Positions 49,293-63,817 of a stretch of 64,000 nucleotides of DNA are shown here, in pieces (positions within the stretch are counted from its first letter, which is position 1; each line of letters begins with the position of its first letter). Source of the stretch: Botryllus schlosseri (Eukaryota). Under the pieces are notes generated by a model that ran no database searches, was not told the origin of the DNA, and saw nothing but the letters and a program-made list of their open reading frames with translations. A program made the position numbers and the translations under genes. The DNA lies in NCBI GenBank assembly GCA_051294905.1, contig CM119373.1:3784001-3848000 (forward strand), in the 5' to 3' direction.

Positions 49293-49919
49293 TATAAGTT
49301 ACTGAGACGGACGTGATCGATAGATTCCTGTTTCATACCGCCAATTATTTCGTATACTAGTTGACATTCGGACCTAATAATACGAATCAGAACACTGTAC
49401 CTCTCACAGCACTTATCTCACAAAAAATATAATGTAAGTAGTATCGATGTTGAATAATATGCTCGTTAAGTATGAAAAATAGACTTAGTCGCAACCGGGG
49501 TTGTAATGACTCGACTAGAGACGCAATTTATTGATGACTCAAATTTACTCAAATCATTTTCTGCAAAGACGGAACTCACTCGAATCGAGTCAATATCTTT
49601 GTTGACCCGAATTGGACTCGAGTCATTTCGCATGACTCAGACGGCAAGACCAATGTTTGATTTAATTATTAATATCGTGATAGTGGCGCTTATCACGGCA
49701 CAGGTTTGGTGCGCCACTTCTATACTTGTTATTACAATGAATTTGCATTATCCAAATATATACAGTATCGCTCAGTACTTTTGGTATACCAACATGCACA
49801 TTAAATATACGAAGCTAGCCGCCAATATACAAACACGACATCAACATATTTGGTTATATAAATATTGGATATACATGTTTTAGCTATACTATATGAACCG
49901 TCACGAAGATATCACGAAC

Positions 49920-50720
49920 TGTACAACATCATCCTACTTCATGGGATCTGTTACAACGTCTTTCAATTCCCAATTTATTCGGCTCACTCGAGCAGCATGA
50001 TGTAGTTGTCTCCTTAGATGTTGATCTCTCACAATGTAACAGAAAATGCTCTAAATATTCTTCTGCGTTGCATTGCTGACATAGTGGAGTCTCATAACAA
50101 CGGATCTTATGCAGATGTTGATTCAGTCTGCAATGGCCGCTTCTTAATCTCAGTAGAATTACGTCTATTTGCCGTGTTCCAGTTTGAGCTATTTCGTCGG
50201 TAATTGATGGTCACAGATTCCTATACGCTCTTCGGTCTCAGTGCTTTGGTATGTCTGTTCCCATTCACATCTACAATGGTGTCTAAGACGGACAGTGCAC
50301 CACGAAGATGTAATAATTGATTGTTCCATTCCTCCCTTCGCGAATCAGCGTCTTTGGCTAATTGATCGGCGATTTCGTTGCCACGAATACCAGCATGCCC
50401 AGTTATCCAGATGAACGTGATTGAATTATTGTTATTTTGAAGTTTTGCAATATATTCTAATATATCGTTCACAACGTAGTCCTTGACCGATCCATGATTG
50501 GCGATGGCGGTTAGGGCGCTCAAACTGTAACCTAGCAATTTTACTTCGTGTTCTTTTCAAGCCAGGATAATGCATCTTTGATGGCATAGCACTGTACATA
50601 AATATTGAAGAACATTTAGGAAGCGTCGCAGACAATTTTACATTTAGCCGAGGGATGTATACGGCATATCCACATCATGACAATGTCTTCGAACCATACG
50701 TATATACAAGTGTATGATCA
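49920..50720 (-). mobile_element. RNase H-bearing non-LTR retrotransposon (I-group) 3' remnant
   Basis: VYTYGSK...LSATLPKCSSIF, ITFIWITGHAGIRGNEIADQLAK (RNase H) and GHCRLNQHLHKI...CQQC...EHFLLHC (CCHC) on the minus strand. Confidence 0.8.
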
Positions 50721-51329
50721 TTGATCACTGTAGTTCGACAAAATGTGGTCCCGGAATACCACCTTAACAATTTCTGCAGGGTAATTTCTGCCAAATGATT
50801 TTGTCCATGATGTGTCTACGTCAGGTTCCTGAGCAATCCACGGATGGGGTTTTTATTATGAGTTGCGTGCAAATCGCGAAGGTCATCAACACTGGTTAAC
50901 GATCGAAAGGTTGAAAACCTCTCATTTAATAAGCTGTATACATCTTTCCACGATTCTTGCGATATCGAATTAGTTGGGTGAGTTTGTTGGGTGCTGAGAC
51001 CATATCTATATTTTAACCACAGATACAAGTGTCCGTAGTTCATATCGTGTATGATATGAAAAGTATGCTTTATGTAATGATGTCTGCTAGTTTATCCATA
51101 AATAAGCCCTCGCGTAAGAGCATAGTTGTAACCAAGTCACAAGGTTTCGAGTCACAAGTCCATATCACTTTTAAAGTTTTGACTCGAGTAAACTGGAGTA
51201 AATTTCTATTCACCACCAAGTCAAGTCCATGTCCGTGAATAGAGGGTGAGTCCTAGACATTTAGTGCTGTGATTCGGGTTCGATTCGGCCTCACTGTGTT
51301 CATTGCTCCGTTTTGATATAAATCCAGTT

Positions 51330-52192
51330 CATCATCATCATTGGCTTATTAACATTTTTTATCAGTTCAATACACCACTAATATGCGATACAATGAAAAG
51401 ATAGGACGTTGTCGAAGCGACTTGAAGTAGTATATGGAATCATACATTGACATTGGCTTATGTGATGTAAAGAAGAGGCATGCACACTGAACGAAAAGTA
51501 AGGACGATAGTATAGAAAAATGAAATCTAGAAGAAATAGGGCGGCATGTCATGGAAAGCGAGATCGATAGGTCGGTAGTGGTCCGGTAATCTTAAGGATG
51601 GACTAGTACTTAGTTAGTAGTAATTGCTTGTATTTCGACTTGAATGTGAACATGCTCGTCGACTGTCGGACGGTCGGCGGGATGCTGTTCAAGATCTCAG
51701 GGTCGGCATATTTGATAGAGCGATGATCTGTCGGTCGATCATGTGTTATTTTGACGACGTCGTCCAAATATCATATGATCGACCGAAAAGATACTCGCTC
51801 CATCAAATATGCCGGACCTGATGTGTGGAACAGTATCCCGCCGGCCATCCGACAGTCGACGAGCATGTCCACATTCAAGTCGAAATACAAGCAATTACTA
51901 CTAAATAAATATAGTCCATCCTCAAGATTATCGGACCACGACTGACCTATCGATCTCGCTTCCCATGACATGCCGCCCTATTTTCTTGTCGCATTCTTTT
52001 TCTATACTATCTTCTTTACTTTCATTCAGTGTGCATGCCTCCTCTTTACATCGCCTAGGCCAAGGTGGGTGTCAGATTCCATAGACTACTCCTTGTCGCT
52101 TCGACATCTTCCTGTCATTTCATTGTATCGCATTTTTGTGGTGTATTGAACTGATAAAATTGCTAATAAACCCAATGATGATGATGATGATG
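51330..52192. mobile_element. Head-to-head pair of CR1/L2-type LINE 3' ends
   Basis: Plus copy 51759-52192 encodes SIKYAGPDVWNSIPPAIRQSTSMSTFKSKYKQLLL and ends in (GAT)n. Minus copy 51330-51758 is bounded by (CAT)n. They join at GACGAC|GTCGTC. Confidence 0.8.
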
Positions 52193-52624
52193 CGTTCGAC
52201 CCAATGTTTTCAAATCTCCCCGATTTGTACAGAATGGCTTCCACCCATAGGATCGTCATGTGTCCCAGTGTCCACAATTTCTGATCCCATTTTTCAAGTA
52301 ATCAGGACTAATAAACGAAATTCCAATAATGTAGCGTCTTTACTATTCTTCAAAGTCACAATTAAATGTCTGTCTTTTCCGTCCTTGTCTGAGTAGAAGT
52401 CGAGTCACTACACAAATTGACTGGAGTCGAGTCGAGTTATTTTACGCATTTGATGAAATGACTAAAGTCAAGTCCAGTCTCCAACAAATTCGTGACTCGA
52501 GTTGGACTCAAGACGAGTCACGACGACTCGAGATATTAAAACCATGCGTAAGAGTCAATGAGAAATATTCTTATTAGCCGACCTGTGGTATTGATACCAT
52601 ACATATCAACAACCAACCTCACGT

Positions 52625-53579
52625 CAGTGTTGGGATGACTCGAGTCCACTTTTTCCTATGATTTGACTTGACTATAGTCACTTTGCAACAATGACTTGAC
52701 TTGACTCGACGATTAAGAAATGTGGATTGTCTCATGACTCGAAGCAAAATTTGCGAGTCAATTTCAATTCGTCAAGTAAAAAGTGTCGAACAAATCACCG
52801 TATCTTGTGTGTGTTTGAATTGATCGCGATACGCCGGTGTCGCTTGTGAGAGCACCGGTCGTTCACTGTTTGCACGTGTCGCTGTTGCTCCATTGTTACA
52901 TCACAAAGTAATTTACTGCAAACGACATGATCACAGCTTACGTTGTCGTAGTGGTATTACATTAATCTAATAGCAACGGGCCTTTGTTTCTTGGATGTCT
53001 CATTGAGTATATTACGAATAGCTCACCTTATAACCAACCTTATTTTATAATTTAAATCGAACGAATAACGTTTGTGCGTTTATATTATCATGGATGTGTA
53101 ATTGGGTAGTGCATTGTATCGTATCAATATGCATCAAGTTCTCACGGCTTCGCATTCCATCCTCTTTATTTTGGATGATAATAGCAGACTGTATCATGTA
53201 GCTATACAGATACTCATGTATTTCAATAGCAGTTCTAGGTGTACATGAGCAATACAACGCCATTTTGTGTGTATACTGAACTTTACATTCGTTATTTGAT
53301 TCAGTATGTATGGCCAATTAATCTGTCTTCCACTCAGCTATCATAATGTAATGACTTTGGATCATCTCTCATACTTAGAAAATTCAATTTGACTTGAATT
53401 GTAAATTGACTCGTGACTTGACTGGACTTGACTTGACTCCAGTCGTCTCCAAAAAACAAGTGAATTGACTTGACTCGAGTCACCTGAGAAAATCGATTGA
53501 CTTGTTTTGACTCAAGTCAACATGTGCAATGACTCGAGATGACTCGTGAATCGAAGGTTGTGACTTAATCCCAACACCG
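52625..53579. mobile_element. CAGTGTTGGGAT-family non-autonomous hAT
   Basis: TIRs CAGTGTTGGGAT/ATCCCAACACCG; exact TSD CCTCACGT. Confidence 0.85.
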
Positions 53580-53599
53580 CCTCACGTAAGAGACCATGA

Positions 53600-56500
53600 A
53601 CAACATTGTATTGGGGGTGGTCCACATTGAAAGCGTTTATTAGCTCACATTTTATACGATCATGATCACCATTTATATTAGAAACTGGTCGCCTTTTATA
53701 TCGAATACTATAGTCGACATTCAGACCTAATGTTTCGTATCGCAACAGTATACCTCTCACAGCTTTCATGTGACAAATTAAAGTGTGATTAGTATCGATT
53801 TTGGTTAATATGCCCGTTAAGTATAAACTATAGCCTTACTCGCAACCAGGGTATCGATGTGGGTGGTTGACATTACAAGCGATTTCAGCATGTATAGATG
53901 TTCGCGGTCGCCATTTATATATGATACTGGTCGCCATTTATATCGAATAATGGTCGATATTTGTATACGTTTGCGGTCGCCAGTTATATATACTACTGGT
54001 CGCCATTTATATCTAATAATAGTATACATTATGAGAATGTCCCCTTCAATTTTAGACGAGTATGCGCACACTCACCAACGCGCTGTGCAGACCCTTGGAG
54101 GACAGTGCGTAAAGACTAAAAAAACTAAATCACTTCGGATTACTTGTGCGCAAATTATATTTTATGTCCGCATAGACCGAGTCAACACTGCGCATTTCTG
54201 CACGTGCGCAGCTTAGAGGGAATAATGATTATGACCTAATATTAGGATTCGGAACAAAGTACCTCTCACAGCAATCAGTTGACAAAATTATAATGTAATT
54301 ACTATCAAGGCTAGATTTTAATCCCGTTAAGTACAAACCATATCCGCATGCACCACCAGTATTGTGATGACTCGAAGCGGGTCGCGATTTTATCATGACT
54401 CTACATGAATCAAATTAAATTATTAGTATACGTAAAGGCTAGGCACGGTTCGAGTCCATATATGTAAGGACTCAACTTGTCCATGGGTTATATCGCATGA
54501 CTAGTACCAAGTCATATGACTCGATACTCCGGCGGCCAACGCCAATATGTCATCATCGTTTCTTATAATAGTAAAATAACCACACTACCGAGATTTCCGC
54601 TATGGTGGCAGTTGTTGTGCACAAGGATACATACCTGTTGGAAGGAGCAATATTAGTATATTTTCAATGCGATCCATTCGGTATCACCAATCACAGTTAT
54701 GCAAATTGGATTTAACAAGACTTTAACCGAACATTAAGCATGTCAACATAATGAACTGGACTCGATGTTGAATTGAGCATGACACGACTGCTGGACTAGA
54801 GTCAAAACTATTAATGTGAGACTGACTTGTCACTCCGTAGGTAACATTACAGCAGTGTTGGGATCAAGTCCCTACCGTCGAGTCACGAGTCATTTCGCGT
54901 CATTGCACATTTGGACTCAAGTCGAGTCAATCAATTTTCGAAGGTGATTCTAGTCAAGTCAAGTCACTCGATTTTTGAAGGTGACTCGACTCGATTTAAA
55001 TGGAGTAAAGTCAAGTCAAGTCACGAGTCAAGTCACAGTTTCAGTCATATGTTGCAGTTTCGAAGTTTTAAGCATGATTATATCGTTGTATTTTGCGCTA
55101 GACTAGCCCGTCCTGCCGATTTTTATATCCCAATATCAATTTCCGGACGTCAAATGATCATACTATTTCGCGTCGAAATCTACAGACCTTGCATATATGA
55201 TATGCATATAATTGATAGTCGACTATCCTCACTTACTAGCGCTTGACAGTTTGATTTGTATGCACTTCAACTGTATTTTATGTAGATCATGGATGTTTAC
55301 CACAAATTAATGCCTACGGTCAGCTTGGATGTAGTAAGCTTGTCATAACATATAACATGACTATAAAATATGAATGTTTCTTCTGAATTGGTTAAATGTA
55401 GTGCAAAGGAATTATGTCGTCAATACCCATTGTCGTAAGTCCATATGTCCTTAGTTACACAACAACAATGTTGTATACTAATAACCCCTGTCATCATATA
55501 TAAACATATCAGGCGTCAGTGTATTGAGAAATGATACGGTTAATATTAGTTGTAACCGTCTTATATCGCAATCAGGCATGCATATTGTCCGTCACGTGAA
55601 ATGTATACTATACATATCAGCAACCAACCACTCGTAACAGTCCTTGAATAACATTGTAATAGAGTGTTCGACATTGAAGGCGGTTAGTAGCTGGCATTTT
55701 ATACGATCATGGTCACAATTTATATGAACCGGTCGCCTTTTAAATCTAATACAAGTCGACATTCAAACATACTATTGCGTATAGCTCCAACACACCTCTC
55801 ACAGCTTTAATGTGACATAATTACAATGAACTTGTAATCTACTTTGGAACATATGTCCGTTAATTATAAAATATAGCCGTACTGGTAACCATGATTGTAA
55901 GGACTGGACTCGGTCCGTGTGGGGTGGATAGAGGGATGTAGTCGACATTGCTAACGTTATTAGCTGACATTTATAGACGTTCGTGGTCGCCATTTATACA
56001 TGGTTCATGGTCGCCATTTATATCAAATAGTAATCGACATTGTGAGCTGGTCTTGGGAATCGGGACAATGTACCTCTCACATCAATTAGTTGACAAAATG
56101 ATAATGTAATTATTATCAAGGCTTGATTTTTTTCCCATATCCGCACTCACCACCATTATTGTGATGACTCGACGCGGGTCGCGATTTTATCATGACTCTA
56201 CTTGAATAATATTAAATTATTAATTTACGGAGAGGCTAGGCAAGATTCGAGTCAATATATGTAAGGACTCAATGTGTCCATGGGTCATATCGCATGACTA
56301 GTACCAAGTCATATGACTCGATACACCGGTGGCCAACACCGATATCTCCTCATCGTTTCGTATAATAGTAAAATAACCACACTACCGAGATTTCGGCTAG
56401 TGGCAGTTGTCGTTGACAAGGATACATAACTGTGGAAAGGAGCAACATTAGTATATTTTCAATGCGAACCATTCGATATCACCAAGCATAGTTATGCAAA

Positions 56501-57010
56501 TTGGATCCACTGCTCGCTGAATTGGTCTCGGCCTTGTCTCGGTGTTGAATTGAGCATGACTCGACTGGACTAGGGTCACTCCGTAGGTAACATTATAGCA
56601 GTGTTGGGATCGAGTCACTATCTTCGAGCAATGAGTCATTTCGAGTCATTGCACAGTTGGACTCAATTAAAATCAATCAATTGTCGAAGGTGATTCGAGT
56701 CAAGTCAAGTCACTCGATTTTTGAAGGTGACTCGACTCGAGTCAAGTAGAGTAAAGTCAATTAAAGTCATGAGTCAAGGCACAATTTCAGTCATGTTGTA
56801 GTTTCGAAGTATTAAGCATGGTTATATCATTGGATTTTGTCAAAACTATTAAAGTGATACTGACTTGTCACTCCATAGGTAACATTATAGGGTATCGATG
56901 GGGTGGTTGACATTGCAAGCGATCTCAGCATATTTAGATGTTCGCGGTAGCCATTTATATATGATTATGGTCGCCATTTATATCGAATAATGGTCGACAT
57001 TTTTATAACT
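53600..57010 (+). repeat. Diverged direct duplications (about 1.8-2.0-kb period) rich in GGTCGCCATTTATAT motifs and hAT ends
   Basis: Examples: 54250-54720 ~ 56060-56510; 54830-55090 ~ 56576-56830; 53625-53860 ~ 55675-55890. Confidence 0.7.
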
Positions 57011-57360
57011 GGCGACCGCAAACGTATAAAAATGTCGACCATTATTCGATATAAATGGCGACCAGTATCATATATAAATGGCGACCATAATCATATATAA
57101 ATGGCGACCGCGAACATCTATACATGCTGAAATCGCTTGTAATGTCAACCACCCACATCGATACCCTGGTTGCGAGTAAGGCTATAGTTTATACTTAACG
57201 GGCATATTATCCAAAATCGATACTAATCACACTTTGATTTTGTCACATGAAAGCTGTAAGAGGTATATCGTCGCGATACGCAATATTAGGTCTGAATGTC
57301 GACTATAGTATTCGATATAAAAGGCGACCAGTTTCTAATATAAATGGTGACCATGATCAT

Positions 57361-60300
57361 TAGGGTTGTTCAGAATTGACCGACTTTCAAAAAGTCTAGG
57401 TTTTCAGTCCGTTTCCCATGCCTTATACCTTAAAAACAAATTCTGGCAACTTTTTTTTGTAATTCATCCCCTGCATCCGTGTGCACATTGCCGTTTTTTC
57501 ATGCACCTAAAAATTTCTTCGGAATTAGGGGATTCCCCCGTTGTCAGTGACTCGACAGGAATGGCGTGTGTTCTCACTGACGTGACGCGTATGTTCTAGC
57601 GCTGATGAAGCGCTGAGCACGGCTGTGAAACGGGGATCATTGAGTAGTCAGGGGCCTTGCTGCTTTGTTGTTGATGGACAGTGTTTACGATTGAGGTGCA
57701 GGACTTATCAGGCGGCGTTTTGACTCATGCTATTAGCGAGTTTAGCGCGTGATTAGTGAACATAGTATTATAGCAGTATACAACTATTTGATATAATAGA
57801 CCTGATACTCTTTTCCTTTCTATTGGGATAGAAACAAAGCTTGCAAATGTCTATTCCAGTGACTGGGGAAAACCGCCAGTCGGTTGCTCTAAATTTTTTG
57901 TTTTATCCCAAGATATCAATATACTGGTATGAGTTTTTCCAATTTAGGAATAACTATCTTCGATAATCTATAACTAGATCTAATCTGGCTACTCCTGTGC
58001 AAGTTATGCAGTATGTGTTCGACCTAAAACTCTAAAAGAACTGAAATGTTTTCCACTATTCTTTGTTGCTTGACTGATTTTATGTATATCTGTTTTTCTA
58101 GGATTAGCTGTAGTGCGAAATGTCTGAAAAAAAAGAAAATCGTCATCTAGTGCAGCGGTACCGAAGAAAACTAGAAGAACACGATCGCAGACACAGCATT
58201 TCTTAGTTGGGCCATCTGAGGAAGCCATTACGGGATCGAAGTTGCCCACTCTGAGGCAAGTTATGCAATATGTGCTACACCTGAGAGAGCATTCATTTTT
58301 TTGAAAATGAACCAGTCAAGTCACACATCCAGATCGCAGTAGATGAAGTGATCGGTTTTTGGTTACTTGCTGGCATAAAGACTATCACAAAAGTCAATGC
58401 CACTAAAAGATTGGAAACAGTATGGAAACAATGGCTGTCACTAAAGAAAACTGCAGGCCGGCAATATGTATCAAAAAAACAAAGCGACTTTGAAGCCAAA
58501 CTGAGTAAGCTATGGGATATAGGAGCCCTTGACGCGATAGCGACAATTGAAGCAAGTAGACTTCTTTCGGACGATAAAAAACGTGAAGACATAGCATTTT
58601 ATCAGGATCAAAGGGGTCCGAGATTAGCAACGATCGGTGGCAAAGTTAAAGTGTTGAAAGCGAAAATCATGCAACAAAAGAGACGAACCATGAGTGCAAG
58701 AGAGTCTGCACCAGCATCAAGTAGCGAAGGTGAATTTTCAGAGAGCTCATCTATATCTTCACAGGTAGCTGACACTTCTCACAGCACTGATTTTGAACTT
58801 GCACAGTCGACATCTGGTCATTCCGCTAAATTTGTGACTCTAAAAGCTCCTGTAAACCTATTCAGCGACGAAGACCTATGCCAGGTTTTTGATCGCTTGA
58901 AAGTCAGTGATAATGCCGCTGCCATGATAACTGCAGCACTGATTAAAGCTTGCGATGGCAACCCTAATGACTTCCAACTTTCAAGATCTGGGACTCATCG
59001 ACGACGCATTGCAAATCGTTTGAAAATTTCCGAATCTATCTTGGAAAAAATATCCACCAATCCCCAGAGCACATTGCATTGCACTGGGATGGAAAGCTCA
59101 CTAAGAGTCATCTAGGATATCAATTTGAGGCCTTGGCAGTGCTCGCATCGTCTGCGTATTCCGGCGCATTTAAGAAAGGGAAACTTCTTGGGATTCAAAC
59201 TCTGTAAGTGCTACAGGAAAAGCACAGGCTGATGCATCATTTGAACTGCTGGAACTTTGGAATTTAACAAAATCTGGTAGAGCTCTTGTGTTTGACACAA
59301 CATCCTCAAACACTGGTAAAAACAAAGGTGCGGTTCCGTTACTTGAAGAATTGATTAACAGGAAAGTTTTCTACAATGCCTGTCGCCATCATATTTATGA
59401 ACTGGTCATTCGAGAGGTTTGGAAGTGTTTGTTTGGATCGACAACCACAGGCCCTGAAAACACGGATTTTAATACCTTCAAGAAGAAGTGGAAACATATT
59501 GATAAATCAAGAAGCTATAAAACGCTGAAGTTTATTGAGGCAGCTGGTTGGCGATGAAAGCTGATGAAGCAAAGCGAGAAATAATTCCACTGATGAAACC
59601 CAATGATGGAAAGCAGAAAGAAGTCTTGATAAGAGATGACTACAGAGAATGTGCAACAGGCACCTTGGCGATTTTGGATGACAAATATGTTGATCATCGT
59701 TTTCGCAAGCCTGGTGCTACTCATAGCGCTACATGGATGAGTCAAGTCCTGTACTGTCAAAAAATGTTCATATGGAGTGAGCAAATGGACTATTCTGAAG
59801 AGTTCATTGAAAAGTTCGAACGAATCAATATCATTGCTTTGTTTTATGTTCCAGCTTGGTTGAAAACTGGTATTGCATGTGACGCACCTTGCAATGATAT
59901 CAAATTCCTTCATGACATGAAAAACTTTTCATTATGCGATCTCACTGTTGCTGATGTGGCATACAAGAAATTTCGAAAACATCATTGGTATCTAACTGAG
60001 GAAATGGTGGTATTTACCACGTTCTCGGCTAATCCAACGATTCCTGACAAACTGAAGGAAGCGATGGCTGCTAAATTGCTGAAAATGCCAATCCCTGAAA
60101 AATATCGCAGATGTATGCCTCTCAGTCTGATCTCTGACTCTGTCTCTGAGTCAATGAGTATGGTCGATTTGATTGGGCCAGAATCATGGTTTCTATTTGA
60201 TGCTATACATGTGGAACATGATTGGTTGAGTCTTCCAGTTTAGGAATGGCATGCTGATCCGGATTTCGTGACTGCTCAAGAATTTGTGAATACTGTTGAA

Positions 60301-60993
60301 GTAGTTAATGATGCAGCAGAGCGTATAGTAAAATTGAATACCGACTATGCTGCGTTCATAACGGATGACAAAAAACAGCGAGCGAGCCTCCTACAAGCTG
60401 TGGAAGATCACCGGAACAGATATGCAGATTTCTCGAAAGCAACCATTTCATCCACCTGATTTATGTAATATTTTGCCAAGTTGATCTCTTTCTTTGCCTT
60501 ATTTTTTCGTTTCCTGTGATGTTTATTATGTGGCTGTGAGTGGATGTTACATTTACAGTTGTATTCTTGCACATGGGGATCGAGGAAATTGATGAACAGT
60601 GCCGGGTAGGTTTGAGGGGTGTAGGATATGGGATCCAACAAAATGACTATCAGTTTTAGGTAGTTTTGAGCAGTTCTAAGGCTGAGTGGGACATGGAAAT
60701 GATATCCTGAACTAGGAATGCCTTACATAGTGGGGTTTTGTAGCACTCCAAACCGCAACAGCTGCATAAATCCATGTTATATGTCACTTTAACTAGGCTA
60801 GGTAAAATCGTGACACTCAGATTTTAGGGGAATCCCCTATTTTCAGCTGCTATTCTTCTAGCTCAATGTGCACACGGATGCAGGGGATGAATTACAAAAA
60901 AAAGTTGCCAGGATTTGTTTTTAAGGTACAAGGCATGGGAAACGGACTGAAAACCTAGACTTTTTGAAAGTCGGTCAATTCTGAACAACCCTA
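57361..60993 (+). mobile_element. Full-length hATm-like DNA transposon (3.6 kb)
   Basis: About 130-bp TIRs starting TAGGGTTGTTCAGAATTGACC with about 2 mismatches; exact 8-bp TSD ATGATCAT. Confidence 0.9.
58120..60459 (+). pseudogene. hATm-type DDE transposase, frameshifted
   Basis: ITGSKLPTLRQV, LHWDGK (59079), FDTTSSNTG, ACRHHIYEL, RDDYRE, HHWYLTEE and VVNDAAER spread over several frames with stops. Confidence 0.85.
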
Positions 60994-61246
60994 ATGATCA
61001 TATAAAATGTGAGCTAATAAACGCTTTCAACCACCCCCCATGCAATGTTGTTCATGGTCTCTTACGTGAGGCGGTGTTGGGAATAAGTCACAACCTTCGA
61101 TTCACGAGTCATTGCATATGTTGACTTGAGTCAAAACAAGTCAATCTATTTTCGCAGGTGACTCGAGTCAAGTCAAGTCACTTGCTTTTTGGAGACGACT
61201 CGAGTCAAGTCAAGTCCAGTCAAGTGAGATGATCCAAAGTCATTAC

Positions 61247-62285
61247 ATTTTGTTGAACAGCATTTCTGTCCTGCTTACCCTTCCAATATGCTGCGACGCA
61301 TGACGATCGATATACTTCATATGTGCTTAGTGGGGCGTAGAGCGAGCGGTAGCGAAGCGATACGCCGCCCGTGACAAGTGATTGACTTGACTTGAGTCCA
61401 AATGTGCAATGATGCGAAATGACTCGTGACTCGAAGGTAGTGACTTAATCCCAACACTGCACTCAGTGATTTTTATCGACCCCAACTACCTGATTACTTG
61501 TTTATTTTGCTCCGAGTCACGAGTCAATCCACATTTCTGATGCGACGAGTCAAGTCAAGTCATACGAAAACGGTGACTCGAGTCATGCCAACGCTGCATT
61601 ATAGAGAGAGAGTGAGCATCTTTATTCGTATACATGACATCAACATTACACTACAAACATGTAACAGTGAAATATGCGACATGCAAGGTAGACGGGAGGC
61701 TCCATATGACAAAGTATTCAGAGCCGAGTACGTAAATATAGATGTCGCCTGATTACGTACATAGTTAAAGAGTCTGATATTGCGACAAAGTTACGATTAA
61801 TGTGTCAATTATAATGATTACTAATATCGTATATGATCCGTGTATGATGTACAGCAGAACATCAAAGTTTCACGATTCAAGTGGCAACCAACTAGTAACG
61901 TCGTGGACAACGCGACATGGTACGACGGTATCAACAACGTATACCATTGATATAAACACACGTATCTGATGTCATCCACTATGTAACATAACTATATGTT
62001 AATTCGTCAATCAGACTATGCATCCATTTGCCGTAACTGCGTTGTCAAAGACACGCCCACTCACCTCAAACGTTGTTAAAGTTTTTAACGTTAAAGCGCG
62101 ACGCTGATAGGGTGGTGGGGGGAAAAAAGCATAATCAAGCATGCGCTTCCTAACTTGTCATGGGCGGCGTATCGCTTCGCTACCGCTCGCTCTACGCCTC
62201 ACTAAGCACACATGCAATATATCGATCGTCACGCGTTGCAGCAAATGGAAAGGGTCAGCAGGACAGAAATGCTGTTCAACAAAAT
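61247..62285. repeat. About 133-bp inverted repeat pair containing a GC-rich GCGAAGC stem-loop; further copy at about 63877-63980
   Basis: 61247-61379 is the reverse complement of 62153-62285. Confidence 0.75.
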
Positions 62286-62306
62286 ATCGTTCGTGTTAGT
62301 GCCCAC

Positions 62307-63817
62307 TAGGGTTGTCCATAATTTGGAAAATCTTACAAATCCTCGGTTGTAATGTCGACCATAGAACGGCGACCATAGAACGGCGAGAAGACTAGTAATC
62401 AAGAAACCACGGCTCTTGATTGGATAATCGGCTATGCTTCAATGACCACGTCAGCAGCAGCTTGCTGATTAGGTGAACAAGGAGTCTGCTACTGGCGGCG
62501 ATTCTGAAAGCGCAATGTATGTAGGATGACAGATAATGATTTAGGATTGATTCAAGGTATCTTGAGGTACGAAATACATGATGTACAAACAACAGCTGCT
62601 TCACAAAAACGTCTAATGCATGACTGCTTCATTGTGAAGGAAACCGCTGTAGCCTATATGCCTTGTTTTCAACGAGGGAAAGCATAGGCGCTTATGCAAG
62701 TGGCGACGGATTCCTAGTTTCAGAAATAATATATCATTATTGAATACAAAGATAAAGCTTAACAATGACACTATAAGTTAGGTGATCTTATTGGGCTCAG
62801 GCTGCAGTACATAGTTGAAGTTTTGAATGCCTAAGCGATCGGCTGAATCAGACGGTTAGGCTTAGCACTCATCAGATGTTTGCAGCAAATTGAATTCACT
62901 TGTAAATGTTTTCAAAGTCCCTATAATGATGTCGCAGAAACGAGGTTTAAATGCAAGCACAGGCCCTGCTTGATATGATATGCAAACTATGCTGGATACT
63001 ATGCACTATGCAGCATTGTCTGTGTTTACCTTTACACCCCTTTTCTGCGCGATTGTTAAGGAATTTGACAAATCATATCCAGCATATTATGTGCTTACTT
63101 TTACGCCTCTTTTCTGCGTCATCATCAAGGACTCTGACAACACTTGCAAGTGAATACAGTTTGATGCAAGCATCTGACAAGTGCCAAGCATAACCCGCTG
63201 ATTCAACTATGTACTACAACCTGAGCCCAATGAGATCACACAAACTATAGTCTGATTGTTAAGCTTTATCTTTGTATTCAATAATGATATATTATTTCTG
63301 AAACTAGGAATCCGTCGCCACCTGCATAAGCGCCTATGCTTTCCCTCGTTGAAAACAAGGCATATAGGCTACGGCGGTTTCTTTCACAATAAAGCAGTCA
63401 TGCTTTAGACGTTTTTGTGAAGCAGCTGTTGTTTGTTCATCATGTATTTCGTACCTCAACATACCCTTAATCAATCCTAAATCATTATCTGTCAACCTAC
63501 ATACAATGCGCTTTCAGAATCGCCGCCAGTAGCAGACTCTTTGTTCACCTAATCAGCAAGCTGCAGCTGACGTGGTCATTGAAGCATAGCCGATTATCCA
63601 ATCAAGAGCCGTGGTTTCTTGATTACTAGTCTTCTCGCCGTTCTATGGTCGGTGGCACGCCCATTCTTCGGCAGCTACTTTCAAACGCTTTGCACGAAAT
63701 CTTAACGGCCTTTCTGTGAGCTTCTTTCAGGCCCAGTGTCGTTTTTTATCAATAATCTATCGAATAAGACATTACAACCGAGGCTTTGTAAGATTTTCCA
63801 AATTATGGACAACCCTA
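62307..63817. mobile_element. hATm-like non-autonomous foldback element
   Basis: TIR TAGGGTTGTCCATAATTTGGAAAATCTTACAAA; exact TSD GTGCCCAC; internal about 430-bp inverted repeat (62374-62810 vs 63205-63650). Confidence 0.85.

Noticed and set aside
57595..57640. Hammerhead-like CTGATGA...GAAAC
   Set aside because: No convincing stem I, II or III pairing.
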